Source: an uncultured Chloroflexia bacterium
Lineage (GTDB): Bacteria; Chloroflexota; Chloroflexia; QHBQ01; JADMIH01
NCBI GenBank assembly: GCA_963797095.1
Contig: CAWCNY010000002.1
Span: forward strand, 352,001 to 416,000
DNA: 64,000 nucleotides
Reading direction: 5' to 3'
Position 1 is the stretch's first letter; the number at the start of each line of letters is the position of its first letter. The position numbers and the translations under genes are program-made. The notes under the pieces were generated by a model. It saw nothing but the letters and a program-made list of their open reading frames with translations, had not been told where the DNA came from and ran no database searches. Of this stretch, positions 44,106-55,853 are shown piece by piece.

Positions 44106-46658
44106 TTACTTTTCGCTCTCGTTGCCCGGCCCGGCACTTGCGGCCAGAGCTTCGGGCTCACGGTCTTCTTCCTTCTTCTTGCGTCCCTTCTTCACGGGGG
44201 CGTTAGCTTCCTCGTATTCGTCCTGCGAGCTTAGCTTGAGCAAGCCATCGTCCACGGTTACGTATACAGAGGTATCGGGCTGGAAGCGCTGCTCCAGCAT
44301 ACCCTCGGCCAGCGGGTCTTCGATCAGGTTCTGGATGATGCGGCGCAGGGGGCGCGCTCCAAAGTTGTGGTCGTAGCCGCGATTGGCCAGCAACTCCATC
44401 GCATCGTCGGTTACTTCCAGTTTGATGTTCTGCTCGCCCAGCTGTGTCCGCACTCTCTTGAGCATAAGGTCGGCTATCTTCCTGATGTGGGTGGTGGTGA
44501 GAGAGTGGAAGACGATCACGGCATCGAGCCTGTTCAGGAACTCAGGGCGGAAGGTCTTCTTTAGCTCTTGCAGCACTTTGTCCTTCATGGCGTCGTATTC
44601 GCGCTGGGCGGTCTTGGACTCGTCGCTGCGAACTGTGAAGCCGAGCGACACGTCGCGGTTGATCACGTCAGCGCCCACGTTGGAGGTCATGATGATGATG
44701 GTGTTGCGGAAGTCCACCTTGCGGCCCTTGGCGTCCGAGAGGTTGCCGTCCTCCATGATCTGGAGGAGCATGTTGAAGGCTTCGGGGTGAGCCTTCTCGA
44801 TCTCATCGAGGAGGATCACCGAGTAGCTCTTGCGGCGCACGGCCTCAGTAAGCTGGCCGCCCTCTTCGTAGCCGACGTAGCCCGGAGGCGAGCCGACCAG
44901 GCGCGACACGTTGTGGCGCTCCATGAACTCGGACATATCGATCTTGATGAGGGCCTCTTCGGAGCCGAACATGAACTCGGCGAGGGCCTTCGCAAGCTCG
45001 GTTTTGCCGACGCCGGTGGGGCCGAGGAAGATGAAGGAGCCGATTGGGCGCTTGGGGTCTTTGAGGCCGGCCCTGGCGCGCCTGACTGCTTTCGACAGGT
45101 TGGTGACCGCCTCGTCCTGGCCGATAACGCGGCTGTGCAGGTCGGATTCCATTTGGAGGAGGCGTTCCGACTCTTCGCCCGCGATCCTGGTAAGGGGTAT
45201 GCCGGTCCACATAGAAACGACCTGGGCGATGTCCTCTTCGGTCACGTAAGGTACGTCGGCGCTCTTCTCAGCCTGGAAATCGCCCTCCATCTGGGAGATG
45301 CGGGAGCGCAGAGCAGATTCGCGCTCGCGGAGGTCGGCTGCTCTTTCGTAGTCTTCGGAGGCTACCAGGCTCTCTTTCTCTTTGGAGATAGCCTCTAGCT
45401 CCTGCATCGCTTCGCGCAGGCCGGTAGGTTGGGCCGAGCGATAGAGCCTGACGCGGCTTGACGCTTCGTCCACGAGGTCTATTGCCTTGTCGGGCATAAA
45501 GCGGTCGGTGACATAGCGCGCCGCGAGATTGGCGGCAGCCTTCAGAGCCTCGTCGGTGATCTTCAGGCGGTGGTGCTCCTCATAGAGGTGCTTGACGCCT
45601 TCGAGGATGGCGATTGTCTCTTCGACGTTCGGCTCGTCCACATGCACAGGCTGGAACCTGCGCTCAAGGGCGGCGTCACGCTCGATATATTTGCGGTACT
45701 CGTCGAGGGTGGTCGCGCCGATAGTCTGTAACTCGCCCCTGGAGAGGGCAGGCTTGAGAATATTGGCGGCATCGACCGCGCCCTCGGCAGCGCCAGCGCC
45801 CACCAGGGTGTGTAATTCGTCGATAAAGAGGATAGCTCCGGTGTCCTTGATCTCGGCAACGACCTTCTTCAGTCTCTCCTCGAACTCGCCCCTGTACTTG
45901 GTGCCGGCGACGAGAGCGCCCATATCGAGGGCCAGCACGCGCTTGCCCTGCAACGTTTCGGGCACGTCATTGGTGATTATGCGCTGGGCCAGACCCTCTA
46001 CGATGGCGGTCTTGCCAACACCAGGCTCGCCGATGAGGGCGGGGTTGTTCTTGGTGCGGCGGGAGAGAATCTGGATTACGCGCTCGACCTCTTTCTGGCG
46101 TCCGATCAATGGGCCGAGCTTGCCAGCGGCGGCCAGGGCGGTCAGGTCGGTGCCGAGGGCGTCCACATAGGGGGTCTTGCTTGAGGTCTTGCCGCTCTGC
46201 GAAGAGTAGCCGCTGGACGACTTGAGCACGTCTATAACCTGTGCGCGCACCTTCTCAAGGGATACGCCCAGGCTCTCCAGCACTCCCGCTGCTATGCCCT
46301 CACCTTCACGTACCAGCCCCAACAACAGGTGCTCGGTGCCGATGTAGTGGTGGTTCAGACGGCGTGCCTCGTCCACAGCAAGCTCGATTACTCGCTTGGC
46401 GCGGGGAGTAAGCCCTATCTCCCCCATCACCATGCGGTCGCCCCGGCCAATAATGAACTCCACCGCCGAGCGCACTTTGGTCAATTCTATACCGAGGTTG
46501 TTCAGCACGCGGGCGGCCACTCCATCCCCCTCGCGCACCAACCCGAGCAGTATATGTTCGGTGCCTATGTAGTTATGGTTGAAGCGTTGTGCTTCTTCCT
46601 GGGCGAGTTGCAGGGTCTTGCGTGCTCGTTCTGTAAATTTATCAAATCGGTCTGTCAT
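44106..46658 (-). CDS. clpC: ATP-dependent Clp protease ATP-binding subunit ClpC
   Basis: Two Clp-N repeats (GTEH.LLGL); GEPGVGKT and GPTGVGKT Walker A motifs; short UVR-type M domain; LGF ClpP-binding loop; GARPLRR. Confidence 0.95.
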   Translation of the reverse strand: MTDRFDKFTERARKTLQLAQEEAQRFNHNYIGTEHILLGLVREGDGVAARVLNNLGIELTKVRSAVEFIIGRGDRMVMGEIGLTPRAKRVIELAVDEARRLNHHYIGTEHLLLGLVREGEGIAAGVLESLGVSLEKVRAQVIDVLKSSSGYSSQSGKTSSKTPYVDALGTDLTALAAAGKLGPLIGRQKEVERVIQILSRRTKNNPALIGEPGVGKTAIVEGLAQRIITNDVPETLQGKRVLALDMGALVAGTKYRGEFEERLKKVVAEIKDTGAILFIDELHTLVGAGAAEGAVDAANILKPALSRGELQTIGATTLDEYRKYIERDAALERRFQPVHVDEPNVEETIAILEGVKHLYEEHHRLKITDEALKAAANLAARYVTDRFMPDKAIDLVDEASSRVRLYRSAQPTGLREAMQELEAISKEKESLVASEDYERAADLRERESALRSRISQMEGDFQAEKSADVPYVTEEDIAQVVSMWTGIPLTRIAGEESERLLQMESDLHSRVIGQDEAVTNLSKAVRRARAGLKDPKRPIGSFIFLGPTGVGKTELAKALAEFMFGSEEALIKIDMSEFMERHNVSRLVGSPPGYVGYEEGGQLTEAVRRKSYSVILLDEIEKAHPEAFNMLLQIMEDGNLSDAKGRKVDFRNTIIIMTSNVGADVINRDVSLGFTVRSDESKTAQREYDAMKDKVLQELKKTFRPEFLNRLDAVIVFHSLTTTHIRKIADLMLKRVRTQLGEQNIKLEVTDDAMELLANRGYDHNFGARPLRRIIQNLIEDPLAEGMLEQRFQPDTSVYVTVDDGLLKLSSQDEYEEANAPVKKGRKKKEEDREPEALAASAGPGNESEK

Positions 46659-47052
46659 AGCTCTCTTCTCCAGCGCCTTGCACTCTATCGCGGAAAATCA
46701 GGTTAGATTTCGTAGGATATTGTCAGGTAGTAGTGCTGTATCGGACTTTGGCTTGGATGTACGGCTCTATCGGTGGTCCGTTTCCGTTTATGAAAAGCTC
46801 TCTTCCAGTAAGTATGTGGGGATCGAATACTGGCTGGTTAATGATACGCGATGGGGTTGCGTAGCGGTTGCTTTATCCACCGGGCATAAAAGCTGCGCCC
46901 GTGCCTTAAGCATACGCACGTAATGCGTATGTGTCAAGTAAATTCGGTCCTACTTTAGGCCTATTTACCAACCGACGGATGGTGTGGATGTTATGGGATC
47001 TTTTTGTTGTCTTGATTGTTTCCATTTCGACAGTATATCAATTAAGGAACGA

Positions 47053-47085
47053 GCAAGGGGTGGAGACATATCTCACACCCCTTGC
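47053..47085 (-). terminator. rpsA terminator hairpin
   Basis: GCAAGGGGTG-GAGA-CATA-TCTC-ACACCCCTTGC. Confidence 0.6.
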
Positions 47086-47120
47086 ATCCTTGCCCGGTGT
47101 TTCGGATTTGCGTGTTGCGA

Positions 47121-49673
47121 TTACCCTTCTTCGTCGTCGTTTTCGCGGTTGATGAAGGCTCCCAGCGCCTGCGCCAGCGCGCCTCTAGGTTCGTCGCCTT
47201 CGCCTTCGCCCTGGCCGCCGGAGTGCTGCCTGCCCTGGCCTCTCTGGCCCTGGCCTCGTGACTGGTCGCGTCCGCCGCGTTCGTTGCGCTCAGGGCGTTC
47301 CTGGCGCTCAGGACGTTCGGCACGCTGCTCGGTAGCCTGGGGAGCCTGGGGAGCCTGGGCCTCCGGCTGCGCTTCCGCACTCACCTCAGCCACGGCTTCC
47401 TGGGCTTCCGCAGAGCTAGCCTCGGCTGCCTGCACCTGGCTTTCAGGGGCTATGTCCATCTCGCCGGTAGCGCCCATTGTTGGTGCTGTACTTGGCGCGC
47501 CCTCCTCTGCATCCTCAGTGGGGGCAGCCGGTGGATTCTCGTCTTCGTGCACTCGCTTGAGGGAGAGGCCGATCCGCCTCTTGGCAGGGTCTATCCTGAT
47601 CACCTTTAGCTCAAGCACATCGCCCACGTTTACCACGTTCTTGGGGTGTGCGACCCGGCCCTCGGCCAACTCGGATACGTGTATCAGGCCCTCAATCCCG
47701 TCTTCAAGGCGGGCAAACGCCCCGAAGGTGGTCAACTGGGTGATCGTGCCTCGCACGATCTGGCCCAGCTTATAGTTCTCGGTGATGGTGGACCACGGCT
47801 CCGGTTGTGTGCGCTTCAGCGATAACGCTATCTTGCGCTCGTTGGGGTCGACCGACAGCACGTACACATTCACGATGTCGCCCACCTTGAGCACATCGCT
47901 GGGGTGCGCAACTCTCTTCCAGGAGATCTCGGAAAGGTGGATCAGACCGTCGGCTCCGCCGATGTCAACGAAGGCCCCGAAGTCGCAGATGGAAGAAACG
48001 CGCCCCTGGCGTACCTGCCCAGGCTCAAGCTCGCGCAGCAGGCGGGTGCGCACGCTCTCTCTTTGCTCCTGCATAGCCTGGCGCTCGGAGAGAATGAGGC
48101 GGTTGCGGCTCCTGTTGATCTCGATGATCTTCATCGGGATGGTCTGGTTCTGCAATCTCGCCATCTCAGACTGCTTGTTAGCTTCGCTGCCGCCGGTGAG
48201 CGAGGATATCTGAGAAGAGGGCACGAAGCCGCGCACTCCTTCCAGGTTCACAAGCAGGCCGCCTTTGTTGTAGCCCGTCACCCTGGCCTGGATTATCTCG
48301 CCTGCCTCGAACCTGCGCTGGAGGTCGCGCCACGAGCGCTCCTGGCGTGCGCGGTCTAGCGAAAGGACGGCATGCCCTTCGTTGTTCTCAGGCTGTACTA
48401 CCGAAACTAGAAGCGTATCGCCTATCTGCAAAGCTTCGCGTTCCTCACTGGTAAGGCTCTGCAATTCCGAGTTCGGTATTATCCCCTCGGTTTTAGCTCC
48501 GATATCGACCAGGATTTCGTCCCGGCCAGCCTTCATGACGGTGCCTTCAACCACATCGCCATGCTTAAGGGTGCGGTACTGCTGCTCGGAGGCACGCAGC
48601 AGGTCTTCCATCGAGGCATTGGGTGCCACATCTTGCAGGCGCGTGCTGCGCACTACCGGCTCTTCGTATCCGCCTGCGCTTTCGCCTTCTTCTGTAGTTT
48701 CTTGTGTGGTTTCTTGTGTGGTTTCTTGTGTGGTTGCCTCGCCCTCCGCAGCCTGCATGGTTGCGGTTTCGGCTGTGGGGCTAGTCTCGCCCGCATCGTC
48801 AGTCGTTGCGGTGGCCTCACCGGTGCTCATGGCCATGGTGGCGCTCGTGTCAGCACTCGTATCGGCGCCCATATCCGCGCTCAAGACGTCGGCCTGGGTG
48901 GCAGGAGCAGGGGCAGGTGCTTCGACCTGCACGGCAGGTTCGCTTATAGCCTCCGGCTCGCCTTCAGCCTGGCTTGTCTCGCTGGCCTGTGCAACCTGAG
49001 GTGCCGCCTCGTCCTGGGCGGGCATTTCGACAGCGCCGGGCATCTGTGCGTCCTGCTGGTCGCGCGCTTCCTCGGCGATGATGACTGCCGGGCTTTCCTC
49101 CGATTCCGCGTCGCTCGCGGATTCGGCATCACTTGTATCAGCCACTGTATCAGCCACTGTATCAGCCACTGTATCAGCCACTGTATCAGCCACTGTATCA
49201 GTTGCAACGCCGGTTTCTATGTCAGCATCGCCTGATGCGTCCATGCCCAGGTCGTCGGCAGCGATTGTATCGCTCACAGAGCCGGCATCGTCCGCAATGC
49301 CCGCGCCAGCGCCTGTATCACTCACGATGTCAGCATCGTCCATAGTGACTGCATCGCCCGCATCGCCCGCATCGCCCGCATCGCCCGCATCGCTTGCGAC
49401 ACCAGTATCGGTCATAGCACTTGCGTCGTCCACAGCGTCTGTTTCCATGCTGGCATCGCTTGCCGCGCCCATGCCCAGGTCGTCCGTAGAGGCGGTATCG
49501 CCTGCGTCAGCGGCCACCATATCGTCGCTGTCAGCGGTCGCCTGGAGCGCGGTCTCGTCACCGGCTACGGCATCGGCCATATCTGTTACATTGTTCACGG
49601 TGTCGCCTGCCGTGTCGTCCATGTCGTCGGCCTGCGCCACTCGTGGCTGCATATCCTGCTCGTCGTTGTTCAT
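47121..49673 (-). CDS. rpsA: 30S ribosomal protein S1 (4 S1 domains) with very long acidic N- and C-terminal extensions
   Basis: S1 repeats GDVVEGTV..VDIG.KTEG, YNKGGL.V..RGFVP.SQ, FGAFVDIGG.DGLIH.SE, FGAFARL..GIEGLIHVSE. Start at 49673 has RBS AAGGA. About 350 aa of D/E/A/T-rich sequence precede the first S1 domain. Confidence 0.9.
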   Translation of the reverse strand: MNNDEQDMQPRVAQADDMDDTAGDTVNNVTDMADAVAGDETALQATADSDDMVAADAGDTASTDDLGMGAASDASMETDAVDDASAMTDTGVASDAGDAGDAGDAGDAVTMDDADIVSDTGAGAGIADDAGSVSDTIAADDLGMDASGDADIETGVATDTVADTVADTVADTVADTVADTSDAESASDAESEESPAVIIAEEARDQQDAQMPGAVEMPAQDEAAPQVAQASETSQAEGEPEAISEPAVQVEAPAPAPATQADVLSADMGADTSADTSATMAMSTGEATATTDDAGETSPTAETATMQAAEGEATTQETTQETTQETTEEGESAGGYEEPVVRSTRLQDVAPNASMEDLLRASEQQYRTLKHGDVVEGTVMKAGRDEILVDIGAKTEGIIPNSELQSLTSEEREALQIGDTLLVSVVQPENNEGHAVLSLDRARQERSWRDLQRRFEAGEIIQARVTGYNKGGLLVNLEGVRGFVPSSQISSLTGGSEANKQSEMARLQNQTIPMKIIEINRSRNRLILSERQAMQEQRESVRTRLLRELEPGQVRQGRVSSICDFGAFVDIGGADGLIHLSEISWKRVAHPSDVLKVGDIVNVYVLSVDPNERKIALSLKRTQPEPWSTITENYKLGQIVRGTITQLTTFGAFARLEDGIEGLIHVSELAEGRVAHPKNVVNVGDVLELKVIRIDPAKRRIGLSLKRVHEDENPPAAPTEDAEEGAPSTAPTMGATGEMDIAPESQVQAAEASSAEAQEAVAEVSAEAQPEAQAPQAPQATEQRAERPERQERPERNERGGRDQSRGQGQRGQGRQHSGGQGEGEGDEPRGALAQALGAFINRENDDEEG
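49135..49200. repeat. Coding 12-bp tandem repeat (GTATCAGCCACT)x5 encoding (DTVA)n
   Basis: Lies inside the S1 N-terminal extension; other repeats there are (GCATCGCCC)n near 49351-49392 and (TTTCTTGTGTGG)x3 near 48698-48733. Confidence 0.85.
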
Positions 49674-49861
49674 CAGCACCGTCCTTAAGGGTTGATAAAG
49701 TGGGGCTATATGAGCTTGTTGGTGTTGCAGGGGCAAATCTCGAAAAATAGAGTGGGGAAACACCACATGGGCGATTGGACCGCAACCGCCTTTAGCGAAG
49801 AATAATATGTGGTGTAATGGGGAGATTTCTGCACAAAACTCAATCTAGCGATCCGGTTTGT

Positions 49862-49914
49862 ATTATACGTAAAGCGCACCGTAATTGCAAGCAATTCTGA
49901 GGCTGTATTATACT
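49862..49914. promoter_or_regulatory. Divergent sigma70 promoters (rpsA / methyltransferase) sharing a palindromic TTGCAA
   Basis: Minus strand TTGCAA-N17-TATAAT; plus strand TTGCAA-N18-TATACT. Confidence 0.6.
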
Positions 49915-49924
49915 CAAGCCATAA

Positions 49925-51825
<1,901 letters not shown>

Positions 51826-51831
51826 TTGTTC

Positions 51832-52530
51832 TTACTTCCTGGCGGCGATCAGCGCCCTGTTGCCGTGCAGGTGCAGGCACGCGACCTCGGCGAACCCGGC
51901 ATCTCTGAGCCAAGCGAAATGCTCCTCCAGGGTGGCGGGCTGGTCGCCGCGCGTGCTTACCGAGCGTTCGTGCTCTTCGAAGGAGCGCCCTTCGTGGGGG
52001 CGTCCACTCGATAGCCGCTCCAGTCTATCCCATACGCTTCTGTAGGTGCTGAACAGGCCGGGGGTGCTGACCCTTATTCGGTCCTGCAACAGGAAAAGCC
52101 CGCCGGGCATGAGCGCCTGGTAAATAAAGGCGAAAACCTCTTTCTTGTATGGGTGGGCCACATTGTGGACGACTTGCACGCTAAAAGCGACCGAGTACTC
52201 GTAAGTGGGTAGCCGGGCATCGCCGGGATGTGTAAGGTCCTGCCGCACTATCTCGTAACGGTTGGCATAAGGGGCCAGCCGTGCCCGCGCCAGATCAAGC
52301 ATAGCTTCGGAAAAATCGGTCCCAACGACGTACACTTCCGGTATGCGCTTGAATAGCATCTCCTCCACCTGTCCCGAGCCCATGCCGATATCGAGCACGA
52401 CCGTGCCGGGCAGGTATTCGTCCCGCAAGATGGTGAGCATGATGTCCAGTTGTTCAAGCCGGGTGGGGTTATGGCTTGTGTTATCGGCATCCCATTGGCG
52501 CGCAATATCAGGATCGGTCCAATCTTCCAT
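51832..52530 (-). CDS. Class I SAM-dependent methyltransferase (CmoA-like)
   Basis: Motifs VLDIGMGSG, GTDFSEAML, HNV..K, L.PGG.F, WLRDAGF; RBS AAGGAG. Confidence 0.82.
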   Translation of the reverse strand: MEDWTDPDIARQWDADNTSHNPTRLEQLDIMLTILRDEYLPGTVVLDIGMGSGQVEEMLFKRIPEVYVVGTDFSEAMLDLARARLAPYANRYEIVRQDLTHPGDARLPTYEYSVAFSVQVVHNVAHPYKKEVFAFIYQALMPGGLFLLQDRIRVSTPGLFSTYRSVWDRLERLSSGRPHEGRSFEEHERSVSTRGDQPATLEEHFAWLRDAGFAEVACLHLHGNRALIAARK

Positions 52531-52579
52531 TATGCTCTCCTTGAGTAATGATAGCGGGTTATCGGCGTGTGCTCTCTGA

Positions 52580-53218
52580 TCACTGGCATAGCGCTTCCCA
52601 GGTTTCGCTTCGGTGGGCGCTGAAGGCATGGGGAACGCGAAACGCATGGCTGCCGTGCATATCCAAAGCTTGCAATTCATCCTGGCTGAAATAGCCGTAA
52701 GCTATGGTCTCGTTGGTAAGGGTGAGTTCTCCACCTTGCCGCTCGCACAGAAAATCGATGTGATACAGGTGCACGGGCACGAGCGACCCCGACTTGCGCG
52801 AGTCGAACACACCTATGAGCTTCATCGCCTGCACCCGTAGACCTGTCTCCTCCCACACTTCACGCACAGCAACCTCCGAGGGCGTTTCGCCCACGTCGGC
52901 CAGCCCGCCCGGCATGCACCACTTGCTGTTGTCCTTTCTTTGGGTGAGGAGAATACGACCCTCGCCGTCGAATATGGCCGCAGCTACTCCCACCAGGGGT
53001 GAGCGTATCCCCAGTTCTCCCCGGAATATACGCTCGATTTCGTCCACGCCCCGGCTGTCAGCGAGGGCTAGCGCCTGCGCGGCAAGCGCCATCACCTTCT
53101 CGTAGCGGGCCAGGTCGTATTCGTCTTCCCTGCGTTTCGCCCAGTACAAACCGTTCTGGGCTGCCGACCTTAGCTCGTCCGCGATCTCTATCAATTTGCG
53201 GGCGGGGTCTTCTTGCAT
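52580..53218 (-). CDS. NUDIX hydrolase with N-terminal helical domain (YjhB-like)
   Basis: ADELRSAAQNGLY..YD..RY N-terminal domain; Nudix box PGGLADVGETPSEVAVREVWEETGL. Confidence 0.88.
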   Translation of the reverse strand: MQEDPARKLIEIADELRSAAQNGLYWAKRREDEYDLARYEKVMALAAQALALADSRGVDEIERIFRGELGIRSPLVGVAAAIFDGEGRILLTQRKDNSKWCMPGGLADVGETPSEVAVREVWEETGLRVQAMKLIGVFDSRKSGSLVPVHLYHIDFLCERQGGELTLTNETIAYGYFSQDELQALDMHGSHAFRVPHAFSAHRSETWEALCQ

Positions 53219-53275
53219 GAGGACTCCTTGTTGCTGCATACTGCGTGATAATACCTAATTATCTCAGGAGATTAT

Positions 53276-53926
53276 ATGCCAACGGTCCTTATCGCTACCA
53301 CCAACCCCGGCAAGCTACGGGAATTTCGGGAGATGTTTGCCTCGGTTCCACCGGCGCGCGTGGTGTCTCCCAACGATATTGAGGTGTGGGTCGAGGTGGC
53401 CGAAACCGGGTCTTCCTACGAGGAGAACGCACTTCTAAAGGCGCGTGCCCTGCATAACGCTCTCCCCGCCGAGATGCGCCGGGGCGATGGCGTGTGGGTG
53501 CTAGGGGATGACAGCGGGCTGGAAGTGGACGCTTTAGGAGGCATCCCCGGCCTTCATAGCAACAGGTGGGCTGGGCCAAACACCACCGCAGCCCAGCGCA
53601 ACGCGGCACTCTTGAAGCGGTTGGAGGGCGTGCCCTACGAGAGGCGAACGGCCCGATTCGTGTGCGTGATCGCGTTCATAGAACCGGATGGCAAAGAGCA
53701 CATACTTGAGGGCACGGTCGAAGGCCGGATCGCGCACGAATCGAGGGGCACAGGGGGTTTCGGTTACGACCCGCTGTTCGTGCTAGCCGATGGACGGCGA
53801 ATGTCGGAGCTTCCGCCCGACGAGAAGAACCGCCTCAGTCATCGCGCCGTGGCGGGCCTACAGGCCGTGTCGATCCTGGCACTTGCAACACAGAAAGAAA
53901 GGAATAGGCACGATGCTAGACCTTAA
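53276..53926 (+). CDS. rdgB: Non-canonical purine NTP pyrophosphatase (RdgB/HAM1)
   Basis: Motifs ATTNPGK..E, ENALLKA, DDSGL.VDALGG.PG..S, GFGYDPLF, KN.LSHR. Confidence 0.93.
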   Translation: MPTVLIATTNPGKLREFREMFASVPPARVVSPNDIEVWVEVAETGSSYEENALLKARALHNALPAEMRRGDGVWVLGDDSGLEVDALGGIPGLHSNRWAGPNTTAAQRNAALLKRLEGVPYERRTARFVCVIAFIEPDGKEHILEGTVEGRIAHESRGTGGFGYDPLFVLADGRRMSELPPDEKNRLSHRAVAGLQAVSILALATQKERNRHDARP

Positions 53927-54731
53927 CCGCTTGTACGAAGAGCGCGTGGTCTACGAGATTCCGGATATGGACCAGGCGAGAGTGCGCGAGGACCTTGTCT
54001 ACCGAAGCCTGGAAGACGGCACCGACTTGAAGCTGGACATATATTACCCCTCAACATATGTGCCCGGCATTCCCCTGCCCGCCGTCATACTGGTGCATGG
54101 GGATTGGCCCCCGCACATTATCCAGCACTCCAAGGACCTGGGGGTGTATATCTCCTGGGGCCAATTGATAGCGGCTTCGGGGCTGGTAACCGTCAACTTC
54201 AACCACAGAGCAACCGAGCGCCTAACGCGGGTTCGCGAAGCCGCCAGCGATGTCGCACAATTGCTCGGCTACATCAGGTACTTCGCGGAGAGCCTGGACA
54301 TAATCGGCGACCGACTCTGTATCTGGACATTCTCTGCCGGCATGCCGGTGGGGATGTGGGCCGCGCTCTGCGACGCCCCGGAGTATGTGCGGTCAATAGT
54401 GGCCTACTACGGAGTGATGGACCTGCAACAGGCGCGCGACATTCTGCCTGAAGAGGTCACGGAAGACGACATTGCTGATTACTCCGCACTGCATTACCTG
54501 GACAAATACGAGGGGAAGATAGCTCCCATGTTGATCGCCAAGGCGGGGCAGGATAGCCCACGGCTCAATGCTACCATCGACCGCTTTGTGGAACGCGCCG
54601 CTGAACTAGGCGCGCCGGTGACGCTATTGGAGCACGAGCATGGCCGCCACGGGTTCGACGTACTTAACGACGATGACCGCTCGCGAGAGATAATCAGGCG
54701 CTCGCTTGAATTCGCGGTACGCGAGACTTAG
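53913..54731 (+). CDS. Alpha/beta hydrolase
   Basis: LDIYYP..PAVILVHG; nucleophile elbow TFSAG; GQD; HGFD; start ATG 53913 with RBS AAAGGA. Confidence 0.8.
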   Translation: MLDLNRLYEERVVYEIPDMDQARVREDLVYRSLEDGTDLKLDIYYPSTYVPGIPLPAVILVHGDWPPHIIQHSKDLGVYISWGQLIAASGLVTVNFNHRATERLTRVREAASDVAQLLGYIRYFAESLDIIGDRLCIWTFSAGMPVGMWAALCDAPEYVRSIVAYYGVMDLQQARDILPEEVTEDDIADYSALHYLDKYEGKIAPMLIAKAGQDSPRLNATIDRFVERAAELGAPVTLLEHEHGRHGFDVLNDDDRSREIIRRSLEFAVRET

Positions 54732-54746
54732 GCGCTAATTAACGGA

Positions 54747-55550
54747 CTAGTGAGGCACGACATAGCTGGAGATCACGTGGTCGATAATGTCGTCGTAAGT
54801 GCCATCCTCGAATGCTCTCTCGGTGGTGGCGAGCATTAGCATATAGAGGCTGCCCTGGCGGCCTTCGACAAAAGCCTGCGCGTCCCACTGAATATCCCCG
54901 GCATAGAACTTGAAGTCGATGCGGTAGCTGCCGTCGTTCTGCTCGGTCTGGCCGCTCTCTTCGTAATTGTCGAAACTCGACTCAAATTGCGTGCTGGCTA
55001 GCTGGGCCAGTTCCTCATTGGACGTGCTGCCCGCGGCTCCGGAGGAGTAAGTAACCTGTGTAAATGCTTCACCGCTCGGCTCTAAGAACTGGTAATTTGG
55101 TGGTTCCTCGTTCACCACCCAGTTGTCCGGATAGTCGATGCTCCAGTCACCCTCAGGTGCCACATAATTCAGGTATCCCGCTTCACTCGTGGGAAACTCT
55201 TCAACTTCGGTGGCGGTTGGTTCTTCGGTCGGCTCTTCCGTGGGAATTTCGGTAGCGGTCGGCCTGCGGGTGGCGGTGGGGCGTGGTCTAGGCGTAGCGG
55301 TGGCAGGTTCCACTTCTTCAGGCGTGGAAGTAGCTTCCTCAGGAACCACTTCGCTGGTGGCAGTGGCAGGAGGATTTGTAGCCCGTGGCCTGACCGCTTC
55401 GACTGTTGCCGTGGGCCGCCCTGGCGTAGCGACCGGCTGATCGACGCCCCCGGTGGCATCGCAAGCCGCCAGCGGAATGAGCATGATGAAGGCAGCAGCA
55501 AAGACGAGCGCATAAAGGACGCCCATGCGTGTAAACCTGGCCGCGAACAT
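54747..55550 (-). CDS. Lipoprotein with Pro/Thr/Glu-rich linker and PsbP-like C-terminal domain
   Basis: Lipobox LAAC; PTATE repeats; WSIDYPDNW motif; TTGACA-N17-TAGACT upstream. Confidence 0.7.
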   Translation of the reverse strand: MFAARFTRMGVLYALVFAAAFIMLIPLAACDATGGVDQPVATPGRPTATVEAVRPRATNPPATATSEVVPEEATSTPEEVEPATATPRPRPTATRRPTATEIPTEEPTEEPTATEVEEFPTSEAGYLNYVAPEGDWSIDYPDNWVVNEEPPNYQFLEPSGEAFTQVTYSSGAAGSTSNEELAQLASTQFESSFDNYEESGQTEQNDGSYRIDFKFYAGDIQWDAQAFVEGRQGSLYMLMLATTERAFEDGTYDDIIDHVISSYVVPH

Positions 55551-55656
55551 AGGTTACCCTCCCCTGAAGCCCGGTACGACTGTGTAAAGTCTATTACTTC
55601 CAGGCGGCAATGTCAACAGTTGCACCCGGAATTCACCCGGCAAATAATCATGGGTT

Positions 55657-55828
55657 ATCCCGAATTTTGAAATCGTCCGCAGGAGAGCACCGGGATGCCC
55701 CAGGACCCCCCCTCCCGAAACTTCGGGAGGGGCTTTCTAAAATAGGCAAAAATGGCAGCACAGCCGCCATTTTTGCCTATTTTAGAAGTAGATTGCACGA
55801 CTGCGAAGCTGCATCTAAAATTCGGGAT
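55657..55828. mobile_element. Putative MITE (172 bp)
   Basis: 12-bp terminal IR ATCCCGAATTTT/AAAATTCGGGAT flanked by GTT on both sides; internal hairpins; partial copy at 29295-29385. Confidence 0.55.
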
Positions 55829-55853
55829 GTTTCATGTTTGGCGCTGTAACTGC

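Noticed and set aside
46845-46872. ECF-type promoter upstream of clpC (GCAAC..CGTA)
   Set aside because: The spacer is 18 bp, outside the 16-17 bp seen at the other sites; too weak to call.
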